From: Gemmatimonadota bacterium
GTDB taxonomy: Bacteria > Gemmatimonadota > Gemmatimonadetes > Gemmatimonadales > GWC2-71-9
Assembly: GCA_039586875.1 (NCBI GenBank)
Contig: JBDHJO010000004.1
Span: forward strand, 1-52,671
DNA: 52,671 nt
Reading direction: 5' to 3'
In this document: positions 26,744 through 34,694 of the stretch, piece after piece
Numbering within the stretch: the stretch's first letter is position 1
Layout: each line of letters opens with the position of its first letter
Notes under the pieces: generated by a model
Told to the model about the DNA's origin: nothing
What the model saw: only the letters and a program-made list of their open reading frames with translations
Databases searched by the model: none
Made by a program: the position numbers and the translations under genes

Positions 26744-27190
26744 ATGAAGATCCGACACTGCGCCACGTTGTTCGCTTTTGCCGCTCTGACGGCGTGCGGC
26801 GGGGGCGAGACGGCTGAAGAAGCCACAAGCGAAGCCCCCGAGGCTGCTCCGGCTGCCGAGGCGGCAGCACCGGCAGCGGCAATGGACGCCCCAAGCGGGC
26901 CGATCGATGAGGCCCTGGCAAGTCAGGGAGAGCAGTTGTTCACCACCCGTGGGTGCATGGGCTGCCATCAGATGGAGGCGAGGCTGATCGGCCCCGCACT
27001 CGGCGATGTCACGACGCGCCGTAGTTACGAGTGGATCACGGCCATGATCATCAAGCCCGACTCCATGCTCGCGAATGACGAGGATGCGAAGGCCCTGCTG
27101 GCCGAGTACGGCACTCCGATGGTCAGCATGGGCGCCACCGCCGAGGATGCGCGGGCGATCTACGAGTACCTGCGCGCACAGACCGAGTAG
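26744..27190 (+). CDS. c-type cytochrome lipoprotein
   Basis: The lipobox is LTACGGG. An Ala/Glu/Pro-rich linker and the CMGCH heme site follow. Confidence 0.8.
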   Translation: MKIRHCATLFAFAALTACGGGETAEEATSEAPEAAPAAEAAAPAAAMDAPSGPIDEALASQGEQLFTTRGCMGCHQMEARLIGPALGDVTTRRSYEWITAMIIKPDSMLANDEDAKALLAEYGTPMVSMGATAEDARAIYEYLRAQTE

Positions 27191-27224
27191 CAACCGGCGG
27201 GACATCCGCTTGCGGTACTTGGGT

Positions 27225-27249
27225 GGGCGCCGGCGTACGGTCGGCGCCC
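27225..27249 (+). terminator. intrinsic-terminator-like hairpin after the cytochrome lipoprotein gene
   Basis: GGGCGCCG-gcgtacggt-CGGCGCCC, followed by ATTCGTGTTCT. Confidence 0.5.
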
Positions 27250-27318
27250 ATTCGTGTTCTGGGGCAGTTCGGCGGCACCGGCATCCTTCCGCCTCTTCGT
27301 CTGGGAACAGGTGACATC

Positions 27319-28662
27319 GTGGAGCCATTCAAGATCAAGTCCGTCGAGTCGATCCCGTTCACCACGAGAGAACAACGTACGGCCGCACTCGCGAACGCGG
27401 GGTACAACCTGTTCGGTGTTCCGGCGGAGCTCATCACCATCGACCTGCTCACCGACTCCGGCACGTCGGCGATGTCGGATCGGCAATGGGCCGCCATCAT
27501 GCTCGGGGATGAATCGTACGCCGGCAGCCGTAACTACTTCCAATTCGAGGAGACGGTCCGACGCATCACCGGCTACCGTCACGTCATCCCGACGCACCAA
27601 GGCCGCATGGCCGAGAACCTGTTGTTCACCAAGCTCGTCAAGCCCGGCGACCACATCCCTAACAACATCCACTTCGACACGACGCGGGCGAATATCGAGC
27701 ACAACGGCGGTGTGGCGGTCAACTGCGTCATCGACGAGGCGTACGACCCGACACTGGAAGTGGATTACAAGGGCAACATGGACATCGCGAAGCTCGACCG
27801 CGTGTTCGCCGAGGTCGGGAAAGAGCGGATGCCCCTCGTGCTTCTCACGATTACCAACAACTCCGGTGGTGGCCAGCCGGTCAGCCTGGAAAACGCCGAA
27901 CAGGTGTCGCGGTGGTGCCGCGATCACGGCGTCCCATTCTTCTTCGACGCTTGCCGTTTCGCGGAGAACGCCTACTTCAACAAGGTGCGCAGTGATATGG
28001 CGCCCGGCGTCGCGGAGATCGCCCGACGGTTCTTCGAGCTCGGGGATGGATGCACGATGTCCGCCAAGAAGGACGGGCTCGTGAACATTGGAGGGTTCGT
28101 CGCTCTGAATGAGGACGAGCTTGCCACCGGCTTGACGAACATGCTGATCCTGATCGAGGGATTCCCGACGTATGGCGGTCTGGCCGGTCGCGACCTCGCC
28201 GCGATTGCACAGGGTCTCGAGGACGTGCTCGACGAGCGATACCTCGAACACCGGCTCCGTCAGGTCCGGGAATTCGGCGACGGACTCCACGACGCGGGTA
28301 TTCCCATCGTGCTCCCGGTTGGCGGCCATGCCGTGTACCTCGATGCTCGTCGGTTCCTCCCACACATCCCGCAGGACGCCTTCCCTGCGCAGGCGCTCAC
28401 CTGCGAGCTGTACCTCGAAGGCGGGATTCGCGGCGTCGAGATCGGCGGGCTCATGTTCGGGGCCGACGGATCGTGGCCGGAACTCGAGCTCGTGCGGTTG
28501 GCAGTGCCGCGCCGGGTGTATACCAAAAGCCACCTCGACTATGTGGTCGAGGTGTGCCGGCGCATTCACGAGTACCGCGATCGCCTCTCCGGACTTCGGG
28601 TTACCTACGAAGCATCGGCACTGCGGCACTTCACTGCTCGCCTCGAACCCCTCACCACGTAA
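27319..28662 (+). CDS. tnaA: tryptophanase (tryptophan indole-lyase; beta-eliminating lyase family)
   Basis: It is collinear with TnaA and tyrosine phenol-lyase (EPFKIKSVE, DLLTDSGTSAMS, PTHQGR, PLP-lysine MSAKKDGLVNIGG). HFDTTR and LRHFTARL match the Trp-specific Asp and His positions. The GTG at 27319 was chosen because the terminator hairpin at 27225-27249 would otherwise fall inside the ORF listed from 27223. Confidence 0.8.
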   Translation: MEPFKIKSVESIPFTTREQRTAALANAGYNLFGVPAELITIDLLTDSGTSAMSDRQWAAIMLGDESYAGSRNYFQFEETVRRITGYRHVIPTHQGRMAENLLFTKLVKPGDHIPNNIHFDTTRANIEHNGGVAVNCVIDEAYDPTLEVDYKGNMDIAKLDRVFAEVGKERMPLVLLTITNNSGGGQPVSLENAEQVSRWCRDHGVPFFFDACRFAENAYFNKVRSDMAPGVAEIARRFFELGDGCTMSAKKDGLVNIGGFVALNEDELATGLTNMLILIEGFPTYGGLAGRDLAAIAQGLEDVLDERYLEHRLRQVREFGDGLHDAGIPIVLPVGGHAVYLDARRFLPHIPQDAFPAQALTCELYLEGGIRGVEIGGLMFGADGSWPELELVRLAVPRRVYTKSHLDYVVEVCRRIHEYRDRLSGLRVTYEASALRHFTARLEPLTT

Positions 28663-28790
28663 CCGTACGCGCGGTGCCGACCTCCGACCCCGGACCGTTC
28701 CACTCGCCGAAGAAGCGGCAGTACGTCGAACGAGCAGCGCCTTCCGGCAGAGACGCGGATGCCGCGGCGCGAATCTACAAGCTCAAGGCA

Positions 28791-29363
28791 ATGTGGTGGT
28801 CCGTGTGGGTCGGCCTCTTTGCGGTGCCGCTTGGCCTCCTGCTCGGGGGTTTTCCCGTGGGCCTGCTTGGCGGCCTCCTTGCACCGGTCCTCGTCTACTA
28901 CGTCACCATGTCGCTCACCGAGGGGTCGGCGCGCGCGGCAAGCTCGATCCACAACCCGCAGGGCGAGATCGCGCCGATCAAGGAGGACTACTCCTTCGCG
29001 CAATCGCTGTCGGCGCGGGGCGACTTTGCAGGGGCCATACGCGAGTACGAGCACGCCACGCTGGCGTGTCCCGAGGATCCAGAACCGTACATTCGCGTCG
29101 CCCGCATCTACCGCCGCGACCTGCACAACCCAGCGACGGCACTCGAGTGGTTCAAGCGCGCGCGCCGAGATGCTGTCTTGGGACGCGGCCAGGAGCTCCT
29201 GATCACACAGGAGATCATCGAGCTGTATCGCAACGAGCTCGCTGCTCCGACGAGCGCGATCCCTGAGTTGGCTCGGCTGATCGATCGCTTCCCAGACGAT
29301 CCCGGTGCCGACGCCGCACGCACGGAGCTCGCCGAGCTCCGTGACATGCTTGCCTCGGAGTGA
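28791..29363 (+). CDS. membrane-anchored TPR-like hypothetical protein
   Basis: Starting at MWWSVWVGLF there are two N-terminal hydrophobic helices followed by helical TPR-like repeats. The upstream part of the listed ORF overlaps tnaA. Confidence 0.55.
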   Translation: MWWSVWVGLFAVPLGLLLGGFPVGLLGGLLAPVLVYYVTMSLTEGSARAASSIHNPQGEIAPIKEDYSFAQSLSARGDFAGAIREYEHATLACPEDPEPYIRVARIYRRDLHNPATALEWFKRARRDAVLGRGQELLITQEIIELYRNELAAPTSAIPELARLIDRFPDDPGADAARTELAELRDMLASE

Positions 29364-29398
29364 TGTCTCTGACGTTCAGCTGAGACGCTTACGGCCTT

Positions 29399-30805
29399 TC
29401 AGGCCTGAGGTTGTGCGCGGCGTCTCGTCCTGAGCACGAGCACACCGGCGAACAGGACCCCGGAGGCGAGGAGACCAAGACTCGTTGCCGCCGCCACTCC
29501 CGTCCCGCCGTATCCCATCAACCGCAATCCCGCCGTCACGCTCACTCCGGCGACAATCGCGGCGAGCGCTTCGGGCACACCGGGACGCCGGAGGTAGAGG
29601 CCCGCGATGACCGGCACGAACAAGCTCACGCCCAGCAATGCGTAGAACACACTGAGCGACCCGATGACCGATGGAAGGACGATGGCGAGCCCGACGCCGA
29701 GGCCACCGCCAACAACCGCGGCGATCCGCGCGACCCGCAGGATCTCGTGATCCCCGGCCTCGGGCCGGAGAAACCGCCGGTAGAGATCCCTGGACAGTGA
29801 TGTCGCAAGCATGAACAGAATGGCATCGGCTGAGCTGATCTCTGCCGAGAAGACCGCGGCCAGTGCGAGGACGCCGAGTGCAGGGGGGAGCGCGTCGGTC
29901 AGCAGCGTCGGGAGTGCCAGCTCGTGGTGCGATAGTTCCGGCGCATAGACCCGTGCCACCATTCCCATCAGAGGAGGAACCGCCGCGAACACGAGCAGCA
30001 CGAATCCGGACATGCCTACGCCAATCCGCACACTGCGGACATCGCGTGCCCCGTACACCTTTTGGACGAGCCCCGGGGAGACAATGAACGCCGGCGCGAG
30101 CAGGATGAGGTAGTTCCATCCCGAGGCGCCACTCGAGAAGAACGAGACGTACTCGGCGTGGCCGGCCGGCGCCTGGGCGGCAACGGCTGACCATCCGCCC
30201 GCGTCCGCCAATGCCCACGGCAGCGCCAGCCCAAGCCCCACCAGCAAGACCACGAGCTCCACGACATTGACCCAGGCTGACGTGAGTAGGCCACCCGCCG
30301 CGAAGTAGACCGTCATCACCAGTCCACCGATCAGGCACCCGATCGTCTTCGGGACGCCGGCGACGACATCCAGCACCCACGCGACCGCGATGAGTTGACC
30401 GGCCAGAATGGCCAGTGTGCCAAGCCACAGCAGCACGGCGATGATCGCGCGAACGGAACGGCCATAGCGATGCTCCAGGTAATCGCCTACCGTGTACAGT
30501 CCGTGATCGCGGGCAATCTTCCAGAGTCGAGGACCCACCCACAACGCCAGCACGATCGTGCCGATGCCGGCGGACCCGACCCACCACCATGCCGCGAGAC
30601 CGTCACGGTATCCCAGGCCGGCTGCCCCGACCGTCGATCCCGCCCCGATATTGGCGGCGAGAACCGTGGCGAAGATGAGCCCCGGCCCAAGGCGGCGACC
30701 CGCAACGAAGAAGGCGCCGCTCGACTGCACGCGGCGCCCGATCCATACCCCGAGCAGGCTGAGACTGGCCGAATAAACGATCAGGAGCGTCAGCGAGTGA
30801 TTCAT
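29399..30805 (-). CDS. sodium:solute symporter (SSS family)
   Basis: 468 aa, polytopic, with FFVAGRRLG and ANIGAGSTVGAAG N-terminal signatures. The ATG overlaps the upstream stop (ATGA). Confidence 0.9.
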   Translation of the reverse strand: MNHSLTLLIVYSASLSLLGVWIGRRVQSSGAFFVAGRRLGPGLIFATVLAANIGAGSTVGAAGLGYRDGLAAWWWVGSAGIGTIVLALWVGPRLWKIARDHGLYTVGDYLEHRYGRSVRAIIAVLLWLGTLAILAGQLIAVAWVLDVVAGVPKTIGCLIGGLVMTVYFAAGGLLTSAWVNVVELVVLLVGLGLALPWALADAGGWSAVAAQAPAGHAEYVSFFSSGASGWNYLILLAPAFIVSPGLVQKVYGARDVRSVRIGVGMSGFVLLVFAAVPPLMGMVARVYAPELSHHELALPTLLTDALPPALGVLALAAVFSAEISSADAILFMLATSLSRDLYRRFLRPEAGDHEILRVARIAAVVGGGLGVGLAIVLPSVIGSLSVFYALLGVSLFVPVIAGLYLRRPGVPEALAAIVAGVSVTAGLRLMGYGGTGVAAATSLGLLASGVLFAGVLVLRTRRRAQPQA

Positions 30806-31896
30806 CGCCCCCCGGAGGCGAGGTCGGCGGCGGTCGGCAGTCCCGGCAGCGCCGTCGCTTGCCGCACCGCGCGCAGGATGGCTTCGGCCGTCACGTCGGC
30901 GGCGAGCGCGCCGACCAGGGAGACATCGACCTCGTCATTCAGATCGCCCGTTGCCAGGCTGAACATCGTGTCACCGTCCCACGGCGTGTGCGCAGGGTAG
31001 ATGGCCCGCGCCACCCCATCCTGGGCCATCTGCGCCACTTTCGTGGCCTGCGCTTTCGTCAGGCGCGCGTTCGTGACCACGACGCCGATCGTCGTATTCT
31101 GGCCCGCCGGGGGAGCCGGCAGCACATTCGCACGCAACAACACCCTGGCGTCGGCAAGGCTCGCTCCGTCTTCGGTGCGCACACCGGCCACAACCGCACC
31201 GGTTGCCGGATCGACCACATCGCCATAGGCATTGACCGCAACCAAGGCGGCGACGACGAGTCCGCTCTGTAACCTGACGGACGCCGTGCCTAACCCTCCT
31301 CGCATCGCATGTGCCTGGCCGCGTAGTTTGCCGACCGTCGCCCCCGCGCCCGCCCCGACACTTCCTTCGGCAGTCGGCCCCGTATTTGCCCGCTGGGCTG
31401 CTTCATACCCGCACGCGGCGTCCGGCCGGATGCGGGAGTCGTCGCCGACTCGCAGATCGAACAACGAAGCCTGTACGACGATCGGCACGTAGGAGCCACC
31501 GAACGCGAACCCGACCTGGCGCTCTTCCAGGTACCGCATCACTCCACCCGACACGTTCAATCCGAACGCACTACCGCCGGACAGCACAACAGCGTGCACA
31601 ACCTCCACGGTGTTTACCGGATCCAAGAGTCCTGTCTCACGCGTCGCCGGTGCTCCCCGTACATCGACTCCGCCGACGGCACCGGCCTCCACGAGTACCA
31701 CCGTACATCCCGTCGGTCGCTCAGGGCGGACATGATGGCCAGCACGTATCCCCGGTACCGCGGTGACGCCCCACGCGGCACTGCCGCCTTCTCCCTGCGC
31801 GCCCGCCGTTGGTGCGTGCAATGCAAGACTCATGACGAGGAAAGTGATGCGGTTGGCGCCGGGGCGCCACACGGGATGACGATTGCGGACCGGCAC
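30802..31896 (-). CDS. P1/S58 (DmpA-type) aminopeptidase, secreted
   Basis: GCTVV, VDVRGAPATRET, LSGGSAFGL and the GQNTTIGVVVTNA autoprocessing site are present. The start is taken at the GTG at 31896, 6 nt after GAGGAGG. The listed start is 31932. Confidence 0.85.
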   Translation of the reverse strand: MPVRNRHPVWRPGANRITFLVMSLALHAPTAGAQGEGGSAAWGVTAVPGIRAGHHVRPERPTGCTVVLVEAGAVGGVDVRGAPATRETGLLDPVNTVEVVHAVVLSGGSAFGLNVSGGVMRYLEERQVGFAFGGSYVPIVVQASLFDLRVGDDSRIRPDAACGYEAAQRANTGPTAEGSVGAGAGATVGKLRGQAHAMRGGLGTASVRLQSGLVVAALVAVNAYGDVVDPATGAVVAGVRTEDGASLADARVLLRANVLPAPPAGQNTTIGVVVTNARLTKAQATKVAQMAQDGVARAIYPAHTPWDGDTMFSLATGDLNDEVDVSLVGALAADVTAEAILRAVRQATALPGLPTAADLASGGR

Positions 31897-32126
31897 GACA
31901 GGCCTCCTCGATACAAGGACCTTCCCCGACACCGATAAAGTACACCCGGAGGACTCACCCGATACATACCGAACCGACGGTCAGCGGTCGTTGACGGTTG
32001 CAAAACTGCCCCTGATTCCCAACCTTGCTTCCCAGCAAGGCGCCCTGGTCGAAACCCGGGCGGCATCGTCCAACATCGAGGGGGGACGTCCCACCAGATA
32101 TGCGGACCCGAGCAATCGTCAGTCAC

Positions 32127-34694
32127 ATGACGCGCGGCACCGATCGCATCGTCGTAATGCTGCTCGGCTCGTTGCTCGGATCGCCGCTCGGTGCACAGGA
32201 TGCATGTCCGCGCGTCGTGAACCCGATGGTGCAGGAGGGTTGGGACCTCTATCAGCAGGGGAACGTAGACAGTGCTCACGTCCGCTTTCGCACCGCGCTC
32301 CGGCAGTGCCCGCAGCATCCGGACGCGCTGACCGGCACGGGCTACACCTTGCTGCGGTTCGATCGGATCGACGAAGCAGCCACGCTGTTCCGCGCCGCGA
32401 TCGATGCCTCGGCCAGCGCAGCCGATGCATGGTTCGGCCTGGCACTCGTCGCGCGCCGACGCGCGAATCCAAACGCGGTGCGGGAAGCGGTGCAGGAGGT
32501 CCTCCGAATCGATCCCACGCGGCGGGACGCGCGAGAGATGTTGGCCACCGTCACACCGCCGGAACGGCCTGCACTGGTGTTGCCGGACACGATGGAGATG
32601 CGCTCCCGCACGCGGGACTCCCACTTCCAGGTACTCGTCGACGGCGTTTGGCAGACGTTCTACATCAAGGGCGTCAACCTCGGTGCTGCGTTGCCCGGGC
32701 GGTTCCCGAGCGAGTTTCCCGACTCCGTTACCTACGCCGATTGGATCGAGGGCATCGCCGAGATGGGGGCCAACACCATCCGGGTCTACACCATTCACCC
32801 CCCGCACTTCTACGAGGCGTTGGCAGCATTCAATCGGTCACATCCCGAAGCACCGCTGTGGCTGATCCACGGCGTGTGGACCGGGCTCCCGCCAGATCAC
32901 GACTTCGCCGACTCGACCTGGAATGCGGAGTTCGCAGCGGAGATGTACCGGGTGGTCGACCTCCTGCACGGCCGTGCAGACATCGCCCCCCGACCGGGAC
33001 ACGCTGCCGGATTTTACACGGCTGACGTATCCCAGTGGACGCTGGGATACATCATCGGTCGCGAGTGGGAGCCGTTCGCGGTCTTCGCCTTCGACAAGGC
33101 CCACCCGGGGCTGCATTCGTGGGAGGGTACGTATCTCCACATCACCAATGGCACCGCCACCGACGTATGGTTGACGCAGACCTGCGATCGCCTGATCGCG
33201 TACGAGACCAACACGTACAACGTGCAGCGACCTGTCGCCTACACGAGCTGGCCGACCCTCGACCCGCTGTATCACGTGACGGAGGCATCCATTGCCGAGG
33301 ATATGGCGATGCGTGGGCAGTTGGCACCGGACGAGGACGAGGAGCAACACGACGAAGACACCGCAGCGATCGATCCGTCGAAGATATCGGCCACCGCGGC
33401 GTTCCCGGCCGGGTTCTTCGCGGCGTACCACGCGTATCCGTACTACCCTGACTTCATCGTCCATGAGGGCGGGTATGCCGCATATCTTCACCGGCTGAAG
33501 GCGCACCACGCCGACATGCCGGTGGTTATCGCCGAGTACGGCGTGCCGACGAGTCTGGCCGTAGCGCACATGGCACCCGAGGGATGGCACCACGGCGGAC
33601 ATTCCGAGGCGCGGATGGCCGCCATCAACGCCGAACTCACTGAGCTCCTGGCGGCAGGCGGCATGGCCGGGGGCATTCTGTTCGCCTGGATCGACGAGTG
33701 GTTCAAACGCAACTGGCTCGTCATGAATCTCGAGCGCCCACAGGAGCGCGCGCGTCTCTGGCTCAATCGCATGAACCCGGAGCAGCAATACGGCGTGATT
33801 GCCATGGAGGCAGCGCCCCGCCTTTCCGGCAGTACCCTTGGCGATCGGCTCGTGTCATGGAAAGCGGTTCCGGCGCTGTACGCCGGGCGACTGCGGGCGC
33901 TTGCGGACGAGGCCTATCTCCGACTCCTGGTCACACCGGAGCCATCGGGAGCCGACACGATCTTCATCGGTATCGATGTCGGCGACCCCGACGCCGGTTC
34001 GTTCCGATGGCCAGCCCGGCGCGGCGGACAGCTCCCCGTAGGAGTCGAGTTCGTGATTCAGGTCACGGCCACCGAGGCGCGCATGCTCGCCGATCCCCGC
34101 GCAAAGCCGTTCCGCGTGCGACGACAGCCGACGTTCCGCGGGGAACTCGAGTACATGGACGTTGCCACTCCGCCGCCGGGCATGTTTCAGGGACCCTTCG
34201 ATCAGGTACCGAACTACCCGCTCGGTGCGGCCCGCCACACAGCGGGTCGCTACGACTCGCTTCCCATTGTCACCAACCGGGTGCGCCTGGGACGTGACAG
34301 CCTCGAGCGCGCTGCATCCGGATACGACTGGGGCATCCTCCGTCAGGGGGGTGAGCCCGACGGATTGTGGGAGCGCGATCCGGAAACGGGAACCGTGGAA
34401 GTCCGCCTGCCGTGGACGCTCATCAATGTCACCGATCCCAGCAGTCGCCGCGTGCTCGCGACCCCGCCCGACGTACGGGGGTTTCAGGGCGTGCCGATCG
34501 AAGCGATCCATCTCGCGCTGGCCATGAAGACTGCCTGGGGTGAGTGGAGCGAGTACCCGCAGGGAGGGGATGCTGTCGCCCAATTCTCCTGGGCGCCATG
34601 GGAATTCCCCTCATGGCGCGCCCGACGACGGCCGGTGTTCGAAGCAATGCGGTCCGCCTTCGAGCGGCTCCCGAGTGAGCCCAAGCAACCATGA
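32127..34694 (+). CDS. periplasmic TPR plus clan GH-A-like TIM-barrel glycoside hydrolase-like protein
   Basis: The signal peptide is ...LGSPLGAQDA. N-terminal TPR repeats are followed by FYIKGVNLG...ANTIRVYT and VVIAEYGVP (putative nucleophile Glu at 33534-33536). An alternative ATG is at 32100. Confidence 0.7.
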   Translation: MTRGTDRIVVMLLGSLLGSPLGAQDACPRVVNPMVQEGWDLYQQGNVDSAHVRFRTALRQCPQHPDALTGTGYTLLRFDRIDEAATLFRAAIDASASAADAWFGLALVARRRANPNAVREAVQEVLRIDPTRRDAREMLATVTPPERPALVLPDTMEMRSRTRDSHFQVLVDGVWQTFYIKGVNLGAALPGRFPSEFPDSVTYADWIEGIAEMGANTIRVYTIHPPHFYEALAAFNRSHPEAPLWLIHGVWTGLPPDHDFADSTWNAEFAAEMYRVVDLLHGRADIAPRPGHAAGFYTADVSQWTLGYIIGREWEPFAVFAFDKAHPGLHSWEGTYLHITNGTATDVWLTQTCDRLIAYETNTYNVQRPVAYTSWPTLDPLYHVTEASIAEDMAMRGQLAPDEDEEQHDEDTAAIDPSKISATAAFPAGFFAAYHAYPYYPDFIVHEGGYAAYLHRLKAHHADMPVVIAEYGVPTSLAVAHMAPEGWHHGGHSEARMAAINAELTELLAAGGMAGGILFAWIDEWFKRNWLVMNLERPQERARLWLNRMNPEQQYGVIAMEAAPRLSGSTLGDRLVSWKAVPALYAGRLRALADEAYLRLLVTPEPSGADTIFIGIDVGDPDAGSFRWPARRGGQLPVGVEFVIQVTATEARMLADPRAKPFRVRRQPTFRGELEYMDVATPPPGMFQGPFDQVPNYPLGAARHTAGRYDSLPIVTNRVRLGRDSLERAASGYDWGILRQGGEPDGLWERDPETGTVEVRLPWTLINVTDPSSRRVLATPPDVRGFQGVPIEAIHLALAMKTAWGEWSEYPQGGDAVAQFSWAPWEFPSWRARRRPVFEAMRSAFERLPSEPKQP

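Noticed and set aside
27223-27318. The upstream ATG start for tryptophanase given in the ORF track.
   Set aside because: It would place the terminator-like hairpin (27225-27249) of the preceding cytochrome gene inside the coding sequence. Homology to TnaA/TPL starts at EPFKIKS, right after the GTG at 27319.
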